In this document: one piece after another, positions 30,293-39,738 of the stretch
How the letters are laid out: each line of letters begins with the position of its first letter
Position numbering within the stretch: the first letter of the stretch is position 1
Source: an uncultured virus (IMG/VR IMGVR_UViG_3300038321_000417)
Lineage: Duplodnaviria; Heunggongvirae; Uroviricota; Caudoviricetes
Reading direction: 5' to 3' (one strand)
DNA: 64,000 bases
Virus record (IMG/VR): IMGVR_UViG_3300038321_000417
Made by a program: the position numbers and the translations under genes
Notes under the pieces: model-generated
Told to the model about the DNA's origin: nothing
Seen by the model: the letters and a program-made list of their open reading frames with translations, nothing else
The model's database searches: none

Positions 30293-33200
30293 TTAACTGT
30301 CACTTTTAACAGTTTCATCTTTTTTCTCTATTTTATCTATCTTGTTCGCTAATGCAGACCTGTGCTTGCTTTTCTTAATGCTTGTCATTTTACGGGTTTG
30401 GGTTTTTGTCTGCATTTGTGCTATGGAATCATCCATATTATCTAAGTAATCGCCATAAGTATCTTCTACTTCTTTTTCCTTATTCTTTAATTTTTTAAGT
30501 ACCGCTTTTTCACGCCTCGTTTGTCTACTACCCGATTCACTCCCCTCATAACTATCTTTAACAAGCCAATCTTTAGTCTTATTTCTTATTTGTTGACCTA
30601 TCTTATCGGCATATGTCATAGCCATCATACCTGTGCTTACAACAACCACCTTTGCCTCTTTAAATAGTTTTACAATAGTGCGGAATAAAACCACTACATA
30701 CAAGCTATTTATTAGAATAAACCATAGAAATACTGCTATAGGGCTATTTAATACAACAGTCCCTGAATTCCCTATAATGTTTGAATAAGCATCACTCACA
30801 AGTAATGAATTTAAAAATGCTTGTGCGATAGAAGCTATAAAGTATGTTATAATAGGCGTAAACAATCCTTTTTGTACTGCCTTTAGCATAGTGTCAATAT
30901 TCTTTACCGAACTTAATCCATAGTATAGTATCAAAATGTATGCCATTACGAATACAAGTATTATGTAAATATATCTTAAAGTGGACACTATCCATATTGC
31001 AAGTATGTCACAAAGAAATAAAAATACCCCCGATAACCATGATGAGTTGTCTATTATTCTCTCATACACCAAGCTGTCTCCAAATAGTGTCTCTCCCGTA
31101 CTTGTGACAAGCATCATTTTCATTATTGTGTCATAATTAAACCCTCTTAAATCATAAGTTTTAGGATACAGGTCAGCATTGTCTCGAAATACAAACGATC
31201 TAGAGAATTCATTGTTAAAGTTAAATGTTGCCTGTAGTGCCGCCATTGATAACAAAGATTCATCCGAAAATCCGTAATTATTAATTAAGCCTCTAAAGTC
31301 AATGTATGTCTTTTCAAGCACTTTCAATATCTTTGTCTCAACTAATGTCAAAGACATATTCTCATACCCCTGCTCTATTTGCTGTGCTTCACTAAACACC
31401 ATAGGTCTGTAGCTTTCATATTCTGTATAATCAAAGGAATTAATAAGTTTATACTTACTGTTTATTGCCAACACGTAATCATTTTTCCCGTAATCCGATC
31501 TCTCTATGGCAGATGCCCAAACCGAAAAGTAAGACCAGTAATCTATGTCCTCTAATGGTGCTGTCTTATCGTTTATCTTACGTAATGCTAACGTGTTGTA
31601 GGCTTTCATATTAGGTAAAAGATTCTTAAACAGGTTTTCCATATCTAAAAAGTCTTTTATTCTATCATACCCTCTACTGTTTCTGCTTGTAACCTTAAAA
31701 ATATCATCCTCGATTAAGAGTCTTGAAAATCCAGAATTTATTTCTGAGCTACCCTCTAACGTTGTAGTAGGTGTATCAAACATGTAATCTCTTAACACAT
31801 TATAGAAATAATAATAAACCCCCTCTGTATTTATTAGAAACTGCTCGTTATAGTTCCTGTGATTATCAATCACCACATTCTTTGTGTCAAGTCCCATTAA
31901 ATCCATATCTGTAGAAGTGAATTTTTCTTGTTCTGGCATGCCTAAACCCTTATTTAACAAGAACGAGTCGTAATGCACAGGCTTTGCTTTGCTAAACTTA
32001 GGAAAGTAATAATATTTCCCCTCTTGTTCTAGCTTTTCTCTTTCTTTTGCAATATCGAAATATGTGTAAATAACCTCTCCATCTTGATCTATAACTTGCT
32101 TAACTCTAGTGTTTAAAGGAATGTCATAAAGGTTATAGGCTTCATTTGATGTACGTGCTACATCATACAACGATCTATACAAATAATAGCTTGTACTGTC
32201 TGGATAAAACTCCTGCTGCAAAAATCCTGACGAAATCCACTTGAATATATTCAAATTAACCTGGCTTCCACCACCAAGGTTCATTGAGTAAAGATTTTCA
32301 TAAGGGTTAATTTTCTTCTCTGCGTTCCATTTTAAAAGTACCCCTCGATTACCCTTTGCACTCCTTATAGATTGGATAGAGTTAACAACACTTATGTTAT
32401 TATTTTGGTTCTCAATATCAAGCAAATATTGTTGGTGTTGTGTTAAAGCCCACATTCCAAGCTTATTACTGAATATTCCCTCTGATACTTGATTGCTTGT
32501 CTCAACTGCAAAGTCTATAAGGTACGGCGGTATTATTAAAACCAATGAAACTATTAACAAAAACACCGCCAATTCCTTGAATGTCTTAGCCCCTATTATG
32601 AAGAATATTACCCCTACTATCAAAAATGCTATGAAAAATATAATGTACCATATTAAGTAATTGTTTATCATTCCCGATATAAAAGGTGTCTGCTTTAATG
32701 TTGGTGTTGTAACAAAATTATTTAATCCACTATACCCTGTCTGTACCCTATATCCAGATGATGTGATGTCCGCTTTGTCTGCATTTGCTAACTTATAATG
32801 AGTGTCAATTATCCACTTGTTAGCTGTTGAATTTAATTGTTTCACCCTATATGTAGCATCATCAGGATCAAGTAAACCTCTTATATTTTTCAGTAAGTCC
32901 TCTTTCTGCTTTTCGTCGCTTTCTTCCAAGTATCTCTCTGTCATTAATTCGGCTATCAATGAATTGTATTCTGCCATTCCTATAAGTTCGTCAACCAATT
33001 CACTGTTAAAACCTCTCCAATCTTGATACCCCTCTGTGTGCCCAAAATATAGCTTTAAGTATGTGTAATAAATTGTCACAATAAAATTATCTCCTAGAGT
33101 GTTAATATCTCCATCTGCGATTGTAAACTCTCTAAACAAATCTCTTTCATTTAGGGTGTACATGTTATACATGTATTCATTCATTATCCTTCTTATCACA

Positions 33201-34711
33201 ATATTTAGCATGTTCTGACCTAAGATATTTTTAGCCTTGTCCCATAAACCTTTACCCTCTGTACTTGAAGTGCTTATGTCTAACGCACCTTTTAACAGGT
33301 TAATTCCAAACTCTGTAGAGTCCACGCTAGTATTTAACATTTTAATGTCTTTATCGCTTTCTGGTAAGGAGATTACATTTAATATGTCAGTGGATTTAAA
33401 CTTTAATACCCCTTTATTCATTGCACTTATTTTAGCGTTTATCTTTTCACCTAATTCGGACTTTATGTTAAATAATCCAAGTATTCCTGTGGCACGATAC
33501 TCGGATGTCTCTACTGCTGAATTGTCTAAATATATACTTAATTCTATATCTGATTGATCCTCTTTGTGTTCTTCTTCAAGCTCCGTTAATATCTTTTTTG
33601 CCTCTTCTCTGCCTGCTTGTAAGGTTTCCTCAGATATTGTCAAGCCGCCTAATGCTGAAATAACCCTTTGCTTATATGAAGTGTAATTATTATAGGCTAT
33701 AACGTTAAAATTCTTTGTAGTAAGTTTGTTCTTAAATAACATGCTTAAAGACGGTAGACCAAAATCTCTCTCGAAGTCCTTTAATAAAAATCCAGAGGTT
33801 TGTGTTATTCCTGACTGTCCAATAGCTGTATCCTCTACTCTATCTGCTAAAAACCCCAGGTTATCTTTATTTTCATTTTCTGTAAAATATAAGTAACTCC
33901 TGTACTCTTGTTTAACTGTACTTCCCTTAAATTGTGCAGCCCTATCCCAATTTAATACCCTCTCTATGTTCATTACTGAATTCGGATGCCCTACATTGAA
34001 AGCATAGTTAGCAAGCGTGTAGTCATTGATAAATAGAAATTTATCTCCATTTTCCGATATTATGTAGGGATTTAATACTGCGGGTATGACTACTCTGTTA
34101 TCTTCTAATAGAATATTCCCAAATGCGTCTAAACATATAGGTGTATCTAAAATTCCCTCGTATGTGATTGAGGATAATACCCCTTTGCCTTTTGCTAATG
34201 AAATAAGTAATCCTATATTTGAAATGTCATTATTTGAATTAAATACTGTAAGTTCTTTATTTCCTGTATTAAGTACAATCTCAACATTGTCCTCTAATAA
34301 AGTGCCAAATGTAGCCACTATACCGCTACCCTTTTGTACTAAATATTTCCTCTCTCCTGCAATTTGAAATTGTAGCACCTTTTTGAATAACTTGTCTAAG
34401 CTATCTTTATAGTCCGGTTGACCAAAGTATAAGTATTCACTCTTTTCACCTGTGAATATACGATACCCTTGTTTGTCGCCAGAAGCAAAAGGCTCTAAAT
34501 AATTGCTTAAAAAGAACCCCCATACAAATAACTCCTGATCATCTATGCTGTTTATGTCCCCCAATCCTCTGTTCCCTCTATATAGGTCAAACATTGCATA
34601 TTCTGTAGATACCTGTGCATTTACATGTATCGGCGGAATGAATACTACCCCCATTGCCACTGCTATAAGTATAACACATAACCCTCTTTTAACTCTCTGT
34701 AACTTTCGCAT
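30293..34711 (-). CDS. Very large polytopic membrane protein (VirB6-like candidate)
   Basis: Signal peptide, large extracytoplasmic domains, two TM clusters, basic tail. Confidence 0.75.
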   Translation of the reverse strand: MRKLQRVKRGLCVILIAVAMGVVFIPPIHVNAQVSTEYAMFDLYRGNRGLGDINSIDDQELFVWGFFLSNYLEPFASGDKQGYRIFTGEKSEYLYFGQPDYKDSLDKLFKKVLQFQIAGERKYLVQKGSGIVATFGTLLEDNVEIVLNTGNKELTVFNSNNDISNIGLLISLAKGKGVLSSITYEGILDTPICLDAFGNILLEDNRVVIPAVLNPYIISENGDKFLFINDYTLANYAFNVGHPNSVMNIERVLNWDRAAQFKGSTVKQEYRSYLYFTENENKDNLGFLADRVEDTAIGQSGITQTSGFLLKDFERDFGLPSLSMLFKNKLTTKNFNVIAYNNYTSYKQRVISALGGLTISEETLQAGREEAKKILTELEEEHKEDQSDIELSIYLDNSAVETSEYRATGILGLFNIKSELGEKINAKISAMNKGVLKFKSTDILNVISLPESDKDIKMLNTSVDSTEFGINLLKGALDISTSSTEGKGLWDKAKNILGQNMLNIVIRRIMNEYMYNMYTLNERDLFREFTIADGDINTLGDNFIVTIYYTYLKLYFGHTEGYQDWRGFNSELVDELIGMAEYNSLIAELMTERYLEESDEKQKEDLLKNIRGLLDPDDATYRVKQLNSTANKWIIDTHYKLANADKADITSSGYRVQTGYSGLNNFVTTPTLKQTPFISGMINNYLIWYIIFFIAFLIVGVIFFIIGAKTFKELAVFLLIVSLVLIIPPYLIDFAVETSNQVSEGIFSNKLGMWALTQHQQYLLDIENQNNNISVVNSIQSIRSAKGNRGVLLKWNAEKKINPYENLYSMNLGGGSQVNLNIFKWISSGFLQQEFYPDSTSYYLYRSLYDVARTSNEAYNLYDIPLNTRVKQVIDQDGEVIYTYFDIAKEREKLEQEGKYYYFPKFSKAKPVHYDSFLLNKGLGMPEQEKFTSTDMDLMGLDTKNVVIDNHRNYNEQFLINTEGVYYYFYNVLRDYMFDTPTTTLEGSSEINSGFSRLLIEDDIFKVTSRNSRGYDRIKDFLDMENLFKNLLPNMKAYNTLALRKINDKTAPLEDIDYWSYFSVWASAIERSDYGKNDYVLAINSKYKLINSFDYTEYESYRPMVFSEAQQIEQGYENMSLTLVETKILKVLEKTYIDFRGLINNYGFSDESLLSMAALQATFNFNNEFSRSFVFRDNADLYPKTYDLRGFNYDTIMKMMLVTSTGETLFGDSLVYERIIDNSSWLSGVFLFLCDILAIWIVSTLRYIYIILVFVMAYILILYYGLSSVKNIDTMLKAVQKGLFTPIITYFIASIAQAFLNSLLVSDAYSNIIGNSGTVVLNSPIAVFLWFILINSLYVVVLFRTIVKLFKEAKVVVVSTGMMAMTYADKIGQQIRNKTKDWLVKDSYEGSESGSRQTRREKAVLKKLKNKEKEVEDTYGDYLDNMDDSIAQMQTKTQTRKMTSIKKSKHRSALANKIDKIEKKDETVKSDS

Positions 34712-34716
34712 TTCTT

Positions 34717-36774
34717 CTAGCCCCCAACTATGTTAAAATATAAAGTAATCAAATTTTCTACAACTAATTTGTATAATCCCCCTGTTACACATAACATACC
34801 AATGATCGAACCTAAAATAATTATTGTTAATACCTTTTTACCTGTCTTGTTTTGTTTTTTATTTCCAGTAATATCTCCAATACTATTATAGTCCATTTTA
34901 ATGTTCTTAAAGCTTATTATAGGAAGTAACTCTACCCCCATTATTCCACCACTCCTGTCAAACGTGTACGCTATGAATAATATGGATATATACAGGAATA
35001 TGAACGCTCCCAATACTATTAAACTAACTCTTAACCCTTTTAACTTATTGTTAATATTTATTCTCTCAAGTTCTGAACGGATACCCTCTATTTTTGTTAA
35101 CTGTCCATCTGTAAGTTCAAATGTATTTACTGTGTATTCTCCTGATAGTATCTTGCCTATCGACACTACGTCTACTTTATACTTCTCACTTATTTCAGCA
35201 GATATGTTTGAGTTTAAATACTCCCGTAATCCACTTTCTCCATAACAGTCCTTATTTAATACTATGCAGTTGCCTACTCCCGTTTTGTTCTTTATGTTTA
35301 TTATGCTGTTTCCGTCTGGATCGGTAGAGGTATAATACCCTAACTTTGTAGAATCTATATCTGCTAATTCGGCATTGTCGTACTTTATTAGTGAATTATC
35401 TGTAAGATTAATATCTCCTAAATTAATTAATCTTCCTGTGTGGTACAGCTCATCATTATATGTGATACATTCCATAAGAGTACTAGAGATTATTTCAGGT
35501 TGAGTATTCCCCACTAACTTAAATGTCTTATAGTTACCATAATGCTGTGAATTAAAGCTCTTTGTGTCACCACTGTCTGTTACGTGTATTTCTTCTGTAA
35601 ATAGGTTTATTAACCCTACGTCCTCGTATGAAATTGGGTAATACCCCTCACTGTTCTTTATTGAGCCGCTTACTTGCTTAAATGGGTATTCAACTCTTAT
35701 GTACTCTTTTTCACTTCTTTGTATATACTTAGGTCTACTTGTTTCACCCTCTGTGTTTTTGAAAACTCCTGCAAATTCTTCATTTACATTTAATCTGTTG
35801 CCTGTGAAATTGATTGCTCTCGATGTGCTACCGTCTATTAGCTTTATTACTTCTCCTGTAGTTAAACTGGAATTTAACATTGTCCTTATATTGTTCTTTA
35901 ATAGCACTCCTGTACCGAATGTATCATACACTAAAGTCTTGTTGTCTTGACACTTTAGGTCTTTTATGGTAACACTTATATCTGAAAATAAATTAAAAAT
36001 ATGCTGCGCTAAACACTCCGCACCTTGCGTTATTAATGCAGAAGTTGCTGTGTCTATAACATAGTACGTGTCTGATCGGGATTCAACTCTGTAGAAAGGC
36101 TTGTATAGGCTTGCTCCAATTAACTCTTTTTCAACTCTATTTAATGTCTTGTATTTTTCTGTCTGAAATAATTGCAAACCTGATGGGTACATTGATTTAT
36201 CGAATTGGGATAGGTCTATTTTAAAGGTCTTTTCATAGGTCAAATAATCCATTATTCTAGTGCTCAGGATTGTCGGTAAACCTTTATAACTTAGAAATGT
36301 GACAACATTATTGTTGAAACTGATAGTGGATTTATCTCTGTTTAGATTGTATAGACTTCTTGTTGTGTCACAAAGTTGCTTGAATGTATCTATTTCATAG
36401 TTAACTATTTCTGAAAAATCTGCACTGTTCAAATGTTTAATTCTTGTTAATGAATTGCTGTATGTATACTCCGTTCCAGTACCTACCAAATATGGGGGTA
36501 TAGATACACCTTTATGATAACCACTTGCCTCTCCCGTAATTGTGACTAATCGATCTAAAGTGAAATATTCTTTTAAATAATCATCATAAGGAAATTCAGC
36601 ATTATTTTCTAAAGTAGTGATTTTTTCATACTGTAACTTAGATACTTCCTTTTCTGTAACTATACTTAACTCATAAGTGTCTATTTTCTTTTCTGCAACA
36701 TAAGAATTAAACCCTGTAACCGCTACACCAAACACTATAAAACATACTATTACACTAAATATAAACTTCTTCAC
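34717..36774 (-). CDS. Secreted protein with C-terminal TM pair
   Basis: Signal peptide; C-terminal hydrophobic helices. Confidence 0.75.
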   Translation of the reverse strand: MKKFIFSVIVCFIVFGVAVTGFNSYVAEKKIDTYELSIVTEKEVSKLQYEKITTLENNAEFPYDDYLKEYFTLDRLVTITGEASGYHKGVSIPPYLVGTGTEYTYSNSLTRIKHLNSADFSEIVNYEIDTFKQLCDTTRSLYNLNRDKSTISFNNNVVTFLSYKGLPTILSTRIMDYLTYEKTFKIDLSQFDKSMYPSGLQLFQTEKYKTLNRVEKELIGASLYKPFYRVESRSDTYYVIDTATSALITQGAECLAQHIFNLFSDISVTIKDLKCQDNKTLVYDTFGTGVLLKNNIRTMLNSSLTTGEVIKLIDGSTSRAINFTGNRLNVNEEFAGVFKNTEGETSRPKYIQRSEKEYIRVEYPFKQVSGSIKNSEGYYPISYEDVGLINLFTEEIHVTDSGDTKSFNSQHYGNYKTFKLVGNTQPEIISSTLMECITYNDELYHTGRLINLGDINLTDNSLIKYDNAELADIDSTKLGYYTSTDPDGNSIINIKNKTGVGNCIVLNKDCYGESGLREYLNSNISAEISEKYKVDVVSIGKILSGEYTVNTFELTDGQLTKIEGIRSELERININNKLKGLRVSLIVLGAFIFLYISILFIAYTFDRSGGIMGVELLPIISFKNIKMDYNSIGDITGNKKQNKTGKKVLTIIILGSIIGMLCVTGGLYKLVVENLITLYFNIVGG

Positions 36775-36796
36775 TCTAAGTCCCCCTATAATTTAA

Positions 36797-36832
36797 AAAA
36801 GTCTTTACCTACTGTTAGCAGGTAAAGACTTT
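36797..36832 (-). terminator. Rho-independent terminator
   Basis: AAAGTCTTTACCT...AGGTAAAGACTTT. Confidence 0.8.
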
Positions 36833-36846
36833 ATATTTAATACGTA

Positions 36847-37680
36847 TTAACCTATTCCTATTAGTCCAAAAAGACCCTCTAACAAGGAAGATACTGCTGT
36901 TATTGTAAAGGACATTAATTCTCCAGATACTAACAAGAGTATACATATCACGAAAAACACCACAAATACAATTCTGTTTTTTAAGTAATCTACTACTGCT
37001 GCCACTTTAGAGCTACCCTCTCTGTTTCCATATGAGCTAACCGATTCTAATGATCTTTTAACTGCGTTAAATGCTTCTACCGATACCCATATTGGTTTTT
37101 TACGTTTCCCAGTGGAATCCCCTGTCGCCGATCCCTGTAATGGTGGAAATGTAATAAAAGCTAAGTCTAAAGCCAACACTATTCCAAACCCTATTAAAGA
37201 CCCGTATGTGATTATCGCAACTATTATTGCAACTATAGGCTCAACCCCCGACATAACACGCCTTGCACCCACAAAGTCTGCGGATGATCCGGTTAATAAA
37301 TACCTTACCACAGTAGCGTTATCGGGAAAAGCTTCAATTATAGCTGAATTTAAGTCCCACATTTCATTTGTTGTAAGGGATTCCTGCGGAGAATTTTCTG
37401 CCCTTTTTAACGCATGTAAAGTTCTCTCGATATAAGGTCTTGTATCTTTTGCAAGAATGTTTTGAGAGCTAAAATCCATGTGTATAGTGGCATACCCTTG
37501 ATAATCTACAAATAGTCCACCTGTCCCTAGTTTCCCATCTACCTCTGACGGTACATATATTGCATCTGCCGGAAGTCTGTCAAATGCAACAGGATTTGCT
37601 GCAAATATAGGTATGCTCAAACATAGAAGAAATAATATTGTGAATATTAATACGTAATACGGTTTAACTTTTCTATTCAT
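36847..37680 (-). CDS. Pilin-like membrane protein (paralog A)
   Basis: Signal peptide (IFA/A), two TM, motif D-x2-F-x3-P...WVSxEA...YLKNR. Confidence 0.65.
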   Translation of the reverse strand: MNRKVKPYYVLIFTILFLLCLSIPIFAANPVAFDRLPADAIYVPSEVDGKLGTGGLFVDYQGYATIHMDFSSQNILAKDTRPYIERTLHALKRAENSPQESLTTNEMWDLNSAIIEAFPDNATVVRYLLTGSSADFVGARRVMSGVEPIVAIIVAIITYGSLIGFGIVLALDLAFITFPPLQGSATGDSTGKRKKPIWVSVEAFNAVKRSLESVSSYGNREGSSKVAAVVDYLKNRIVFVVFFVICILLLVSGELMSFTITAVSSLLEGLFGLIGIG

Positions 37681-37699
37681 GTTACATCTCTGCCTTTCA

Positions 37700-38320
37700 C
37701 TAATGAAATATATAACTAACGTTATGTACTAAGCCAACAAGCAATAACATAACATTCAGTGTCCTGATAAAAAATGTGGAATGATTTTTAACTGTCTTAT
37801 TTCCCATTAAAAAATTTCCCTGTACAGTAACCGTTTCCCCTGTCACAAACCCGCCCTCTTTACCAAATAACCTAAATTTTACATTAGGTATGATATGTAT
37901 TCCGTCTTTTGTCATTGAATCTAGAAGTAGGTGAGAGAACAGTCCGATTAAAAAACCTATAATACCCCATAAATAAATTACTTCATTTATACCCTTGTCT
38001 TCAAGATTTAATAATGATGTGAGTAATACTATAAAAGGTAATGGGGTTACCGTAATACAGTGGGTTTGCCACGATCTATGCGTAAAACCAAACCAGTTGA
38101 ATACCCAACTGATAGCCTTTTTTATTATGTTTTTTCTTCCCCTGTAGGTTTTATAGTCTAAATCCAAATCAGGGGCTATTGCTCCCATCCTAGAAGTGAT
38201 AACAACTATTCCCAACGCTATTAAGTAATTAAGGTCTGTTTCTCCAACTAAGCTATATATTGCCGGTGTTGCTACTACACCTAAAGCTATTGCGTTTGGA
38301 ATGTGTTCTTTCATCGTCAC
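37700..38320 (-). CDS. Membrane-bound metal-dependent hydrolase (YdjM-like)
   Basis: H...APDLD...HRSWQTH...SHLLLD motifs with TM helices. Confidence 0.85.
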   Translation of the reverse strand: MTMKEHIPNAIALGVVATPAIYSLVGETDLNYLIALGIVVITSRMGAIAPDLDLDYKTYRGRKNIIKKAISWVFNWFGFTHRSWQTHCITVTPLPFIVLLTSLLNLEDKGINEVIYLWGIIGFLIGLFSHLLLDSMTKDGIHIIPNVKFRLFGKEGGFVTGETVTVQGNFLMGNKTVKNHSTFFIRTLNVMLLLVGLVHNVSYIFH

Positions 38321-38341
38321 TGTTATCTCTCCTTACCTTTG

Positions 38342-38644
38342 TTACTCTAATACAATTGCCTCGTCAAAATACTTTATCTGGTAATCATCAATCTCTGCCA
38401 CTTTTTCAGCTATCGCACTTGATGTTCTTGCTCTTAAAGTAAACGCGTTCTTTTCAGTGTCATATAGTGGTGTAATTGACACTATTCCATGTATGACAGC
38501 CCTCTCACCATTTTTTAAATCTTCTTCAAGTGAGTTTAAGTATTCTGATATGCAACGATCAACCATATTCTTTGATAGCCCAAGCTTATCTGCTATCTGT
38601 GAACACCTAAATTTGTGTGTCTTTGAATATATCTGTTTTACCAT
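38342..38644 (-). CDS. HU/IHF-like DNA-binding protein
   Basis: IADKLGLSK..V...L..L...LKNGERAVIHGIVSI resembles the HU core. Confidence 0.7.
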   Translation of the reverse strand: MVKQIYSKTHKFRCSQIADKLGLSKNMVDRCISEYLNSLEEDLKNGERAVIHGIVSITPLYDTEKNAFTLRARTSSAIAEKVAEIDDYQIKYFDEAIVLE

Positions 38645-38645
38645 T

Positions 38646-38942
38646 TTAAAAGTCTCCTATCTCAATCATTATCGGTCTTACCATAAACTTTGTCTGGTCT
38701 ATTTGATTTATATTGTAATACTTTGAAAGCTCTGATCGTAAGGTTAAAAAGTCATTTACCCTATCTTGTCTAATGTCTATTACCACAGCAGTAACATTAT
38801 CTATGAATGCTCCTTTTAACACTTCCATTGACTGTTTTCTTAAAACTTTTAACAAGTAAGATCGGTTAAGACTTTCCTGTAATAGCTTATTTGCTAGTTT
38901 TTTTGATTGCTTTTTTTCTATTATAGCCTTAAAAACTTCCAT
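38646..38942 (-). CDS. Hypothetical protein
   Basis: GAGGT RBS, in operon. Confidence 0.7.
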   Translation of the reverse strand: MEVFKAIIEKKQSKKLANKLLQESLNRSYLLKVLRKQSMEVLKGAFIDNVTAVVIDIRQDRVNDFLTLRSELSKYYNINQIDQTKFMVRPIMIEIGDF

Positions 38943-38954
38943 AATAACCTCTTG

Positions 38955-39671
38955 TTAAAACATGCTGCTTAGGTTTATGTTTGAAACCCAGTTAAACAGC
39001 ATAAAACCTAATTTGTAAAATAATTGTGAAGTAAGTATAAGAGGCACGAACACAATAAGAATTAATTCAAATGCACGTTTTTTGAAATATGTAGCCATCT
39101 TATTTTTTGTTGCGGGGGTTGTGGCACTACCAAATCCAGTATTATTAGTTGCAGGTGAACACTCACGTATAGTATCTAATGCTGATTCCGATACCCATTG
39201 TTTACCTAAAACTGAATTTGAAGTTGTTTGTTGATTGTCATACGGTGCTTGTTGTCCAAAACCACCATAAGGTGATCCGCCTCTATACCCCCCAAAACCA
39301 CCAAAACCACCAACTGTAGACGTACCTCTATTGCCTACATGAGGTGCAAGATATTGTCTTGTAAAAGGTAGAGTTAAATACACGATGTCTACACAAGTTA
39401 ATACCCCTGCTGCTAACCACACAATAAGTAAAATTGCGCCTTTTGCCTTTGCTACCCAACCAGAAACTTTGCCAAATTTAGATTGTGCAAAAGCATAATC
39501 AGGTGCGCTGGAAGTTACTATATCATCCAATGCGTCTAAAGCTTCTTCATTTTTCTGTTGTGTTACAGCGTCTTTCAAATCAACGCCATCACTCGATGCA
39601 AACGCAAATGTCACACCCATTGCAAAAATTAATGATATAATTGCTAAAACGGAAAGAATTCGCTTAACCAT
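38955..39671 (-). CDS. Pilin-like membrane protein (paralog B, Gly-rich loop)
   Basis: Signal peptide (AFA/S), two TM, D-x2-Y-x3-P...WVSxSA...YFKKR, GGFGGFGGY loop. Confidence 0.65.
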   Translation of the reverse strand: MVKRILSVLAIISLIFAMGVTFAFASSDGVDLKDAVTQQKNEEALDALDDIVTSSAPDYAFAQSKFGKVSGWVAKAKGAILLIVWLAAGVLTCVDIVYLTLPFTRQYLAPHVGNRGTSTVGGFGGFGGYRGGSPYGGFGQQAPYDNQQTTSNSVLGKQWVSESALDTIRECSPATNNTGFGSATTPATKNKMATYFKKRAFELILIVFVPLILTSQLFYKLGFMLFNWVSNINLSSMF

Positions 39672-39738
39672 GTTTACCCACTCCCAATTAAATAGTGTGA
39701 GAAGCTTACCAACCTCTCAAGTATTCTAATTTATTGTC

